NCBI GenBank assembly: GCA_021613535.1
Contig: CP075494.1
Span: forward strand, 3,596,001-3,660,000
Origin: Adineta vaga
Taxonomy: Eukaryota > Animalia > Rotifera
Length of the DNA stretch: 64,000 nucleotides
Reading direction: 5' to 3'
Within the stretch, counting starts at the first letter, position 1. Each line of letters begins with the position of its first letter. A model generated the notes under the pieces. The model was not told the origin of the DNA. It searched no databases and worked only from the letters and a program-made list of their open reading frames with translations. Of this stretch, positions 51,343 through 63,732 are shown one piece after another. Both the position numbers and the translations under genes were made by a program.

Positions 51343-52748
51343 TTATTAATTAGCAATGTAATTCAATGAGATCATTAGTATTGAATTGTTTTGTATCATA
51401 TGATAATATGTTTTTAAAAGTGTACTTAAAAATCAAACAAGATGGAATTATATGAATATTTAATTTTTGATAAAGAAATACATGTTTTATTTAGATATAA
51501 ATGTTTTTGAATATAATCCTTAAGTATGTCTTTGTCAGAGTCTTATATATTTTTATTCTTGAATACAATATATAATCGCGTTGAATTCATGATACGTGTA
51601 CATATATTTAGAAAAACTAAATTCAGATCTTTCATTATGCAAGTATCATATTTTTTTCCCAAGAGTAATGATACATTCTGAAAGTTCGCACAATTTGTTA
51701 TCATGCTGTTACATTTATATATTAGTTTCAATTCATATATTATCAAAATAAGTCAAGTCTAATGAAAATAACTTAATGATGAATTGTCTAGTCATCTGAT
51801 TTTGTCATAGAATCATCAAAATCTTTTTTTAGAATTGCTTGTACTTGATGGATAATCACGCGAAAGAGATTTCTATAGATTTTAATCGATTTAGGAACTT
51901 TCTACTATTGTGAAGGGTGGGTGTGGGTGAAAGTGTAAATTTGATGTTTTCTTCTGACTTTGTCATACAGTCAAATTCGGTAAGCCAAAGAAAGTTTCAA
52001 CATCGTAAGTATTGTAGTAATGCAAAGCAACGATATGAATTTTATATAACAAACATCGTTGTTCTGATAGTGAAGAAATCGGTGCAGATGAGGAGATCTT
52101 CACTCGAGGACTTATTTCTCGTTCATTCAATGGTCAAAGTGAAACTCTAAATTCAACAGTCATATTGCTTTGTTGATAAAAGTCTGTGTAACAAAATATT
52201 GAAGAGATGGAAAAATATATGTCGGAGTTGCCTTTTAAAGGAAAATATTCATCTTATGGTAGTTGATCGATAAAGTCATCACTCTAAATCATTGGAATGA
52301 ATTGAGCTATTGGACTAGATGTATAATTCAATGTTGGTGATCAATTTCATTGCAATGATTGAATAGACGAGTGAAACTGACGCCTTTTAATGGTTTGGTT
52401 TAAGCGCATAAGAAACACAACAGAAAATACTGTGTCTATACACAAGTTCGAAGAACGAAAGCTAAAGAATAAAACCTGCTCTCTTTTATGTAATATTTCC
52501 TTTGAATATTGAAATTTCTACTTGATCAAATAAACATTGTTGATCTTCATTGCCATTAACAGTATTACATGAAAATGATACGTAAAGAGTTCTATAGTCT
52601 TCGGAAGAACTTAATGAATAAAAGAATAATACTGTATCGATGTAAAATTTTAGATTAAACTTTGCTTGCCCTAAATCAATCAAAAATGAATATACTTGTG
52701 TTTGAACTGCAAGAACAGTAATTTGATAATGATTAAGTACAAAGAAAC

Positions 52749-52806
52749 AGGGTGCGGTTGTGGGTATTACATCGATCTAACACACACGCCACACCCACAC
52801 CGGCAT
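52749..52806. repeat. Telomeric-hexamer palindrome copy
   Basis: gggtgcggttgtgggt...cacacacgccacacccacacc. Confidence 0.8.
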
Positions 52807-53031
52807 CAAATGAACATCTAGGGGAAACAGTCTGTTAAGGTGATGTTATTGTGCATGAAAAAACCGTCATAGTTTAGATCACAAACATAAAGACAATGAT
52901 TATAATAATCAATGGTAAATAAATGTTTTTGAAAATTGTCTTTTTTAATGGAAATTCTGCTTTATGATTATGACAGAATTTGATTTTAGAACGAATAAAT
53001 TGTGAAATATATAGTTCTTTTCTTTATTCTA

Positions 53032-54918
53032 TCACAATTTTCGCAAACGCGATAGGAATGTACTGTTCTGGATCTTGTCATTATCAATTTCTTTTTTCAA
53101 GAATAAAATCCACCTAAAAAACTGTTTCATTTGATATTTCTCCTTCGTTTCTTTGTTATTCGAAAGTTGAATAAGTTTTCTCAATCGTTTTGATAGAGTT
53201 GTGATATAATCGTCGTCCATTGAGCTTATGGATAATATTTGTAAACTTTTGAAATTCTTCAATACTACCATAATATTATCTGCATACCATTCAATGCTGT
53301 CTAGCACATTGTCATAGATACTAAACGAAATACGTTCAAAATTCGAAAAATGAAAACAACTTATTTCCATTAATGGTTCAAGTGAAAAATAATTCTTTAA
53401 AATCAATCGTTTTATTCTTTGATTTAATATCGGAGTTAATTCACTAGACATTGAAGGTAATTTTGTAGAATATAAAATCAAATATTTTAAATTTGGTAAG
53501 AGATGAATTAACCATTCTTTTTCATCTTCAAGTGATCCATTCATACATTTCATCGTTGTCACCTTATCGAATGTAATATGATTTCTCATATGGACATCTT
53601 GTGATTTCTTCACGCTAATACTATCAGATGAATTGAAATTGATAAAAGTTAATTTCGGCATTTTTCTTTTCATTTGTTTTAAAAATTTCACATCATATTT
53701 CGAAGTTAGAAGTAAATCAATAGATTTAACATGAGACCATATTCGATCGTTGTTCACTAAAATATTAGAATGATTTGATTGAACATCGTCGAACCCATCC
53801 TCAAATTCATAGAGATGATCAAAATGAAATGGTAATGTATAAAAGTATTTTCCATGCATTCCAAATGACCAATTATGATCAGACCAAAATTGATTACGAA
53901 ATCGAGATAAAAGAATTTCTTTATTATCTAACAAATGAATTAGTTTAACATAGAGATGAAATTGTTTGAGTTCGTTCATTGGTCGTAATAATCGTTGAAA
54001 GTATATTCTGTTAAAAAGAAAATCATCAATAGTTGACATTGATGAATCAACAAAATCCAGTGATAGACAAGTTAATGAGGATGAAAACTGATTTATACCA
54101 TCGATTAATTCATTAAAAAAAACTGATTCAACAGGACCTTCTCCTGACATAATATATCTAGAGAATTTGAGAGATAATGATTTTAATCTGATGTTAGTTT
54201 TTATTGGCCTTTCTCCAGTAATACCAGGGGGTTTACAGTGAATATTTAGATATTCTAAATTGGGTGTATATGAAATCAATATAAATATATAAGAGAACTC
54301 AGTCAATACCAGTTTTAATGAATGTAAATTTGCATTAATTTGATAAGTAGTTGAATGGTTTAGTGATACTCCTGTAACTAATGAATAATGAAATATTGTT
54401 AAGGTATTTTGATGAGTGAGAACGTTTTTAAGCACATATTCACTTCTGGGTAAGTAAATATACGATAAATGAGATGAAGAAAATGAATTGGAGGGAAGGA
54501 GGATTTCACAATCTCCTATTTTGAATGAATGTAACTTTTGAAAATGTTTACTTTTGATGATTAATTCCAAATGATCCATCAAGTAAAAATTGGATGAAGA
54601 AAAGGTGACTGATTTTAAATTTGGAAAATATGTCAATGAAAATGAGGAATCCAATGTTTTTATATCTAATGATTTTATTAGAAAACCAATAATTGAAAAG
54701 ATATTTTTCCATGTATCAAAGTTTTTGTTAGGTAATTCTAAATGTTGCATATAATGTTGATTCTGTAACATCAAATTGTTGAATCGCGTATTGAAGAATA
54801 AGAATGTGTAAATAATGTCATTATTTGATAAATAATCAAATATCATAAGAAGAATTTCCGTAGGTAAATAATCAAACCATGTCGTCGATTCAATATTTCT
54901 TCGTCTTGCAGTGTCCAT
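53032..54918 (-). CDS. F-box domain protein with degenerate LRR-like body, intronless
   Basis: N-terminal FDYLPTEILLMIFDYL...F...N.RF, and a YTLPF motif, in a 628-aa ORF. Confidence 0.85.
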   Translation of the reverse strand: MDTARRRNIESTTWFDYLPTEILLMIFDYLSNNDIIYTFLFFNTRFNNLMLQNQHYMQHLELPNKNFDTWKNIFSIIGFLIKSLDIKTLDSSFSLTYFPNLKSVTFSSSNFYLMDHLELIIKSKHFQKLHSFKIGDCEILLPSNSFSSSHLSYIYLPRSEYVLKNVLTHQNTLTIFHYSLVTGVSLNHSTTYQINANLHSLKLVLTEFSYIFILISYTPNLEYLNIHCKPPGITGERPIKTNIRLKSLSLKFSRYIMSGEGPVESVFFNELIDGINQFSSSLTCLSLDFVDSSMSTIDDFLFNRIYFQRLLRPMNELKQFHLYVKLIHLLDNKEILLSRFRNQFWSDHNWSFGMHGKYFYTLPFHFDHLYEFEDGFDDVQSNHSNILVNNDRIWSHVKSIDLLLTSKYDVKFLKQMKRKMPKLTFINFNSSDSISVKKSQDVHMRNHITFDKVTTMKCMNGSLEDEKEWLIHLLPNLKYLILYSTKLPSMSSELTPILNQRIKRLILKNYFSLEPLMEISCFHFSNFERISFSIYDNVLDSIEWYADNIMVVLKNFKSLQILSISSMDDDYITTLSKRLRKLIQLSNNKETKEKYQMKQFFRWILFLKKEIDNDKIQNSTFLSRLRKL

Positions 54919-55206
54919 ATTGAAAATAATTTTTCGAAGAAATCTCTTCAGCGTATATATATATATATATATATAATGCTCTATTCACATATGAATAATA
55001 AAATCCTTATCTCAATTCCCCTTGAGCAAACGATATGTGAAATTAAAATCTGAAGTAGTTTTTTTCCATGATAAATACGTAAAGCATATTAGTTGAGATA
55101 ATAAATGAAGTACTAATGCCTTTCTTATCTAAAGAAAACATGAATTTATAATGATGATTTTGAAAGTATTTGATTTGACAATTCTATTAGTATGAAAAAC
55201 ATGAAA

Positions 55207-55270
55207 GTGGGTATGGATGTGAGTGTGGATCTTCATTCAATTTGATCCTCATACCCTCATCCACACCCTA
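55207..55270. repeat. Telomeric-hexamer palindrome copy
   Basis: gtgggtatggatgtgagtgtgg...cctcataccctcatccacaccct. Confidence 0.82.
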
Positions 55271-55323
55271 TAGTTTTCTGTTGGCCATAAATCGATATCT
55301 TATTTAGTATAGTATCTTCCGCA

Positions 55324-56040
55324 GGATATGTCAAGAAATCCGGAAAAGAAATAAAACATTTTGTGAACATGGAAATTTCATACCCGACATCCACTCAGCG
55401 AGATAGTATGACAACAGAGAGAAAAAAAAAGAAATGACTAGATGAGGAATGGAACCTCGGTCGTACCGCGTACCTGGCGGATGCTATACCAACAGAGCTA
55501 TCCAACCATGTCTCTTCTCCGTCATGTAACCCACATACTGCTGGATCATAACAATATCGATACGTTTCTTCTTTTTCTATGTCTTTTGATAGAATTCAAA
55601 GGATGGAATAATCGTTTCAATAAACGGATGAACAAAACTCATCCTAACATGTGGGCATTCATCGCATGCTTGCAAGCTGAAGAAGTCACCTTTCAACAAC
55701 AATATCTCAAGCTTAAAGCGGGAGCGCAACAGAAGAAAGCGCCGAAGACATTGGCCATGCAGAAACACATCGATAATTTAGGTACTCGCTTCTGCAACGG
55801 CGACATCGATCGTGCCGAACTTCTCGACGGACTCTCTCTTTTGGTAGCTTCGAAGAAATAAACTTCTTATCAAATTGTCTCTCACATCATCATTATTTCT
55901 ACTTGTTATATCTTTTATCACTATTTACACTACGAATAAAATTTTCCTTAATTTTTCTTTTTCCGGATTTTATTTTTTCGGATTTATCATTCCGGATTTA
56001 TTTTTCGGGATTATTATTTTCCGGATTTCTTGACAACACC
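55324..56040 (+). mobile_element. Internally deleted MULE (Mutator-like) transposon
   Basis: TIRs GG...TGTCAAGAAATCCGGAAAA, subterminal ttccggatt-like repeats, and an 8-bp TSD cttccgca/cttctgca. The transposase tail GWNNRF...HPNMW.FI..LQ.EE is retained. Confidence 0.88.
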
Positions 56041-56123
56041 CTTCTGCATACCTATTATTTGTCGAATAAAAATTTGATTCATTTATTTATTAAAAAAATA
56101 TAAAATACAATTTATCTATTGCT

Positions 56124-59100
56124 TTATTCTTTGTGAGTTGGTTTTATTCGTTCAGACTTCCAATCATCTATTGATATTATTTTAAGAGAAAACTTCATTG
56201 ACTTCGTTCGATTTAAAAATGAATTCACTTGATCAATAAACTTCTGTAAACAAACAGTAAATTTTTGACACTTCTGTAATGATATTGAATCAACTTGAAA
56301 AGCAATAGCATAGAGTGCTTCGTTCTTATTCGATTGATATTCGATTGTACTTTGCGGTTGAAAAGTGTAATGACATTTTTCTTCACAATCACTGAAAAAG
56401 AACGATAAACGTGATTTTATCCAACCAATCCATGAATCAAATTCATCAATATTTTCACTTGAAATTACAAGTTGAACAATTGATTCCATCTTTTCATTAG
56501 GAAAATCATTATTTAATTCAAGTATTTGCTCCAGTGCATTTGATTTATCTTCAGTTGTAACTGTATTTATTGAGTTAAGTAATTGTACAACACGTTGAAA
56601 ACCTTGAATAACCAAATCACGCGTTGATTTTTTTGTTGAACGTGCTGCATTATTAAATGGTGGACTCGGTGATATAATACGCATTGAACCACGTTGATAT
56701 ACTGATAGTCTTCCCGAATCGATAACTGGTTTGTATGATTTTGGATAAAGACAAAATGCATCTGCTGACCAATTAAATTGCGCAAAAGTTGAAAAAAAAT
56801 GTTCAACTAATGAAAAAAAATCGTCAATAGAAAACTCTTCGATTGATGACAAAGATTTGATTGATGATAAATATTTATGACAAATATGTGCACACAGAAT
56901 AGCATAAGCATAGCCAGTGAGATAACCGTATACTTGTCCATAGAGACCAACATGTTGAGCCCAAGTACGAATATATGTTAGAAGATGTTGAAAGATAGGT
57001 GGTGAACAAACATGTACAAGTAGACGTTCGATATCATGCACCTGAAAGTATATTATCATATATGAAATACAATTCTCAGCTTATTAATAAGTTCGAATTC
57101 TAAAAATCAATTGTCTTACCCCATGTATAGATTCTGGAAGATATAAATCATTCACAGTTTTACATTCAACCGATTGTCCATCATTCAGTTCGATTTGTAC
57201 AAATATTTCTACTTTTGTTTGATCATTAAATAAAATACATATAATCGAAAATAATGCTTCAATTTTTATACAATAAACGATTTCATCTTGGAAATTTCGA
57301 TTTATTTGTGTTTCAAGTAAGTTAACAATATATTTATTCAATGCATTTCGATCATATTTTAATTGATGAAGTGTTGCATCAAATGTTGTGTCACTATCGA
57401 TTGATTTTATTTCATTCAATAGAAATACTGTATCAACATCTTGTCCTTTAATACCCTAAAAACAAGAATACATTAAACATAAATAAATATATATCAATAT
57501 GATTAATTAATTTTATCTTACAATACGAAAACTACCATATGGCAAAAATGAATGAGTAAAACAATGTAATGTATCTCTGTTGAAAATTTGTTGAAAACAA
57601 GACGAAAGTTTTTCGAATTTATCTTGTTTTCTTTTGTATGATTGATTAGTTTCATAGAGATTCATTGTTTGAAAAAATTCTTGTAATTTAATATGAACAG
57701 AATTGAATTGTTTATAATGAATTGTTTGAAGTCTATGACCTAATGGTATTTGATGAACAATATGAAATGGTGTTGTATCATTATCATGTGGTCGTCGTAA
57801 GATATAAAGATATTGAACAGGAAATTCAAATGATTCATTTAAAACTGAATAGAAATAAACAAAATAAGATCTTGTTAAACAATGTTTTCTCTGTGTTTAA
57901 AGTATTTACAGATGATTACTTACTTAATGATGGTTTGGCTTGATTAAATTCTTCTTGACTATCAAATTGAGCAACTGTCATATGTGGATTATAAGTATTT
58001 CGACTGGTTTTTAAACAACGTGGAAATAATTGTGCAAGTTGTTCACGTAATTGTTTAAGATGATTTGTTGATTGTTCATCACATTTCATAAAACTAACAT
58101 TATTTTCGATAAATGAATCTATTTCATCTATTTTAATAGAAAATGATGAATATTGACATAATAAAAGTCTTAATTTTAAAAGAATATCTTCTTGATCTTC
58201 TTGACAATCATTTAAATTATAGAATGGCCATAATAAATTGATATGTGAACCCCAAAGATTTGTAGATGGATCATAATAACCATTAAATGAATCAAGTATT
58301 GACCATGTATCTATAGTTGGTAAAATTACAAGTGCAGAACGATGATTTATGGATCTTGTTCGAAAATTAATAATTAATTGTAATGCATAATGATCAGATA
58401 GATTAATTCTTTGATTACTATTATTATTGTTGAATGAATCAGTTGGTATTGTATCAATGGCAATCATTGAAAGATGTTCAATTGAATAAGAGAGATTATA
58501 TAAAGTATGAATTAAATATCGATCTAAACGACGATTTATTTGCGATTGAGATGTTATTTGAGCACAAATATTACGTGATGGATCGTATGTAAAACCGGGA
58601 TTCTAAAAAGAGTAAGCAGAATGATTTAACCAACTAAATTAAGAAAGCGAGAAACATATGTGAAAGTATTGTCACTATAGACAAAAGTGGTGGTCAATTT
58701 TACTGAAGTCGTTTTTTATTTTATTCATACAAACGGATAGATCTGAATTCTTCGTTTAAGATTTTGACGTTCGGCCATTCTCATGTTGCTCTGTCGCGGC
58801 ATAAACAATGAAATAAAAATATCTTACCTCATCAAGATGATAAACTCCTTTCCATAAATCATGAATGTCATCTTCATATGTTGCAAGAATATTTTGTTCT
58901 TTTGTATGTGCATCTCCAAAATTAAAATCTCCAATAAGCATGTAATTATATGTTTTCATTGTTCCAAAGAGATTATATAAAGTTTGACAACGTTTTTCAG
59001 TTGCATTACGTGCAAGATCACTATGCAAATGAAGATTGACTAAATCTATTGTAGCTCTAGCACTTAGACCAAATCGAGCGATAATTATTTCTTTTGTTAT

Positions 59101-60785
59101 TTTAGGTTTTCTTGTTGCAGTTATTTTTGCTGATTTGACGTTATCATCTTCAGAAAGATCTAGTGGACATATTGAAAATGATCGTGGTCGAAAATTTTTC
59201 ATAATCATCAATTGTCCATATGATTTTTCTTCATCACTATGAATAATACTTTTCATTATAATAACATAATAATTATTTTGTTGAAACCACAATTCATTTA
59301 ATAGAAGATGAAGAAAACTTTTAGTTACTTCTTGTAAACAAATGATATCAGGTAAGGCTGATTTAAGTGTATCTAGTATTGCTTGATATCTTTGTTGACT
59401 ATAAATAAGTGTTGATTGATAATAATCAAATAGAATATTCCATGTGACAAAATGACATCGTTCAGGTAACCATGTCTCACTGGTAGATGGGATTATTGGA
59501 TCATCAGATGTTAATGGTATATGTGGATATTCCGTCCATTGTTGAAGAGATTGATCGAAATAATAAAGTCCTTGTACAAGATTGAGATTTTGAGAATCGT
59601 CTATGATAGCAAAAAAAACGATTTTTGATGCTTTTTTCATCTCAATGAATGATATGATTTCAATTTTATAGAATACAGAAAGTTTTGAGATGAAACAAAG
59701 ATTCTTATTGTATTGTTTTAAATGAGGCTGACAGTTCAAAAACCCGTAGAACATATTTTATACCTATGGAAATATTAAAGAGGACTTATTATCGACTAGG
59801 TGATACCGAATTTAGAAGTGCTTCAAAATTCTGTCTTGTATGGTTTTGAACCAGATAGTGACAAATACTTGTTTTTTACATAAATATCACTATAGATTTG
59901 ATCTAGATTTAAATTTATGTTTAAAAAAATTACATTTGTAGACTAATTTTATTGTCATAGGATATTCTGAAGAGATGGAAAAGCGACTAATAAAAGCCTA
60001 GGATCACGTTTTTACGCATAAAATAGGTAAAACATTTTAACCTGAAGCTTTGTCTATTGGAGGGTCTGATATTTATAAAATAAAAAGTTCAATGAACTTC
60101 TATTGAAAACTTTTCCAGAGTATTAAATATAGTTCAAGACAAAATTCTTTCTTACTTGTCAAACCTCTTCACTTTTCATATGAATCTTACTGCTTTACAT
60201 TTCTTCTTCTCAAAATAAAACGAAATGCAAGATTCTTTTTCTTACTATTAGATACGACGTTTAATTGTTGACTCCCCGTTATTAGATCTAGTCGTTTGCT
60301 TCGATCCCATACAAGATTTCCATTGATTTTGAAAAGTCGAATGCGATGCAGTGGAATTCCATACTAGAAATAACCGCACTCTAATTTATAAGTATACGTA
60401 ATGAGTCATGCTTTACCTCATGTTCGTGTACTCTCTTAAATTCATTGAATGGTATTTCATGAATACCGGTAAAACGATCTTCATATCCAATGATAACTTG
60501 TGATCGATCAATCGTCTTATCGTGTAAAATGCGATTAAATATCAAATCCGAATGACGAAATCTGTTTGTTAGTATTGATACATCTTCTTCTGAAGAAATT
60601 TTCGTTGGTTTTTTCTCTTTTCGTCTTGATTTTCGACTGCCTGTCATTATGCTTACTAAATAATCTTGAATTGATTGAATAACTGATTGAAGTGATGTTG
60701 ACTCATTTGGTTGTTGGATAAGTTCATCAAAATATTTATGAATATTTGCCCATTGATCTTTATCTAATGGACAATTTGGTAACAA
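56124..60785 (-). CDS. Multidomain RNA end-repair protein: (partial RWD)-MJ1316-EEP-2H phosphoesterase-poly(A) polymerase-like; 5' end missing
   Basis: IGYEDRF/IP.HRI...VWDR (MJ1316); TWNIL, CLQEV, GDFN, SDHY (EEP); HINL and PHMT (2H); YGSFR.G....DVD (NTase); WA...G.YG...GY..G (PAP central). The introns I checked (60416-60364, 60245-59601, 58827-58603) splice in frame. There is no ATG, and an in-frame stop lies directly upstream of 60785. Confidence 0.85.
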
Positions 60786-61362
60786 TTATCTGCCATTTGT
60801 GTTCTAACAATTATTTATGGTAATTTATTTCGTATCATTGTTATTTTCTTTCCTTCTTGTGAAAATTATTATGATTATAGTCAACCATGGTGTGGTTATT
60901 TATGTTATTGATGAATACTCGTTGTTCTTGCTACATGTGATACTGTTATTAATTATGTATTTCCAATTTTATTAATTATCGTTTTCAATATAGCATTATA
61001 TAATACGTTATATTCGTCAGAAAAGAAGAATTCAACGAGTCATACAATGGCGTAAACATCGAAAAATGATTTTACAATTGACATCAGTATGTCTTTTACA
61101 TTTTATTTTCTTTTTACCTCAATTTATCATTATTCTTGCGTACAAATGTGGTTTGCCGGCAGATGTTGGAGTTGATGTTGCACTTAATTTTTATTTTTTT
61201 TCTTACTTTACTATTTTATTATTACCTTATGTTTGTCTTATCTCATTGCCTGAAATTTGGAAGAAAATTCAATCTAGATCTTACAATATAGATGAAGATA
61301 ACAAATTTTTTCTTCCAACGTATAATAAATCTACAACAATACCAGCTACCATTTTTAAATAA
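60784..61362 (+). pseudogene. 5'-truncated GPCR remnant (TM4-TM7)
   Basis: YLP...IVIFFPSCENYYDY...CG..CY* ... KMILQL...LLPYVCL.SLPE, with stops and frameshifts. It is homologous to the GPCR at 25577. Confidence 0.8.
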
Positions 61363-62437
61363 TCAATCGTAGAATGAATTAATATCGTCATAATTTTGTA
61401 TAGCATAGTCAATTTGTTCGTTGTTGTAATATTCGTAACAAGAGATTTCATCAGATATCTTCAACTAATAAAATTTGTATATATTATTTCTATAATAAAT
61501 GGTTATTGTATGATCTCATCATCTTTATAATGTGTGGTTCTGGTGGATTCCACATGTAAATTATGTTACAATCATCAACATTATAATATAGGTCTGATAA
61601 GAGGAAAGACGCGCAGATTTCCTCACATATATCGATAGGCATTTTATACCAGCTTATAATTATTTTCAAGATGATAGACAGAAAGTCTTGCCAATAATAT
61701 ATGGAGATTGTGTTATTCGAAGGCAGTGCATTGATAACTATTACATTGTGCTTAATTCATTTTAACAAATCTAAAAATCATTTCGATTTCAGTAATATAG
61801 CTTCATGACTCTATTTGTATGACTGTTACAGCGTTTCTTATAGAAAAGATTTTAGCTATTATGATGATTTCGTTAACCTAATTATCTTTAGTAATCTTAT
61901 GGGAAGTATTCGGAAAGAAGCACCTTCTAGGGTCACTTCAAAATCTTGATCTCTAATGTCTATTCTGTTTAGTCGTGTTTTCCACTTTGTTCTACAATCA
62001 ATAATCAAAGCATAGATGCGTAAGCCACTGGATAATTATTGCCTTTTCTATATCTCGTAGTAGCTTTGATATAAATACAAAATATTATATTATCATAACT
62101 ATTATATTTAATTGAAATGTAATGAAAACTTTCTGTCACTCATACGTGTATAAGCAATGGAATTTAGTTGTAATTTAGATTTTATCAAGTGACACGGAAT
62201 AGTTTTCATCATAGAAGTCATGAATGTAAGATAACGAATTACACGAGAAACTATGACATAGTATAGATATACTCAGTCAGATCTCATAACAAAACTTGAA
62301 TAATTTTCATCGAGAATGTGAAGATCAAATGAGCAACATGTTATTCGATCATTGACAAAAAAAAAAAAAACTCTCTTATAACAAGAAAAAAGAGCAATGC
62401 AATACCAACATTCACTAAAATGAATCATAGACAAGAC

Positions 62438-62481
62438 GGTGTGATAGTCAATGCGAATATACTCTCACCACACTCACAAGA
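62438..62481. repeat. Degenerate telomeric-hexamer palindrome copy
   Basis: ggtgtga...ctcaccacactcacaaga. Confidence 0.5.
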
Positions 62482-63313
62482 GCAGACAGATACTCCAATA
62501 GTATCAATATAACATCATCTTCTCATCTATCTCTTTCAATTTTCACATCCATATCGAAAATCGCATAAGAATTAAAAAGTTCTGTAAGTACAAAGTCGAT
62601 TGTTTCACTTTGTCGAAGGTACTTTCAAGGGTTATACAATGAAAGTACATATAAATACTTCAAATGCAGAATTCAGCTGGTTTTTTCTAACTTAATCAAG
62701 AAGAGAAGACTATAGAATTTATTCATTATATGCATCTATATAAGTGAGTTAATTATTCAATTTAGAAACAGAATAATGAATTAAAAAAATACAAAACTCT
62801 TTGTATCATATCTTAGAATTTTATTTGTAGAATGAAATCTGTATCAGGAATAATGAAACTGTCTAGTAAAATGGATAAACCTCATATTAAAGGTACCAAA
62901 AATGCTTTGAAGATCTATACAACATCCAAAACTTCTATTGAAACAAATCTCCGAACACATCACGTTTGATCATTGCTTTACTTTTCGTCGTTTTCCTCAT
63001 TAATATTTTGTATTTATTAGAATAATCAAACTCAGAATGGTTCCGTCTCCTTGGTAAATTAATTAACATTAAAAATTATTTTGGTTATTTAACGTTGGGC
63101 TTTTAATATCCATGGCAAAGTTCATTAAGAAAAAAGACTACGATCATGGGATATTGAACATTCATTAATATATAATAACCAAAAAATTAAAGAACATGAA
63201 AATCGTATTTCTTTTTCTACATATTCAAATTCAGAATAATTTCCAAACGTCGACTTTATTATTTATTATGCTCAACTTGTTGTACAGCATTGTTATTATG
63301 TGGTATAAGCATT

Positions 63314-63732
63314 TTGTTCTTGCTAACATGTGATACTGTTATTAATTATGTATTTCCAATTTTAAATTATCGTTTTCAATATAGCATTAATAATACGTTA
63401 TATTCGTCAGAAAAGAAGAATTCAACGAGTCTTCAATCATCCACATCGACGACACTTATATTACAATTGACATCAGTGTGTCTTTTACATTTTATTTTCT
63501 TTTTACCTCAATTTGTCATTATTCTGCGTAAATGTCTAGGTTTCTAGAAAAGAATTTGTTTTCTGTATATTCGTAATTATTTTTAGCCACAACTATAACA
63601 AGTTCAACATCGAGTAAAAAATATTCATCATTCCTTTTGTAAATAATATGAGAAAAAGAATTTATTCAACATTCGTTTAGTAAATGTCGTCAGTAATTTT
63701 GTATAGCATAGTCAATCTTTTCGTTGTTGTAT
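63314..63732 (+). pseudogene. Degenerate duplicate of the 60784-61430 GPCR remnant
   Basis: Near-identical blocks to about 60921-61041, 61073-61135 and 61387-61428, separated by unrelated sequence. Confidence 0.8.

Noticed and set aside
54915-54955. Other CTGAnGA...GAAA hammerhead-like matches (here on the - strand, also near 1156 and 47760)
   Set aside because: The stems do not pair, or the GAAA/UH elements are misplaced.
1103-62481. Palindromes as true integron attC sites
   Set aside because: There are no RYYYAAC/GTTRRRY boxes and no integrase, and the genes lie on both strands and contain introns. Kept only as an analogy.
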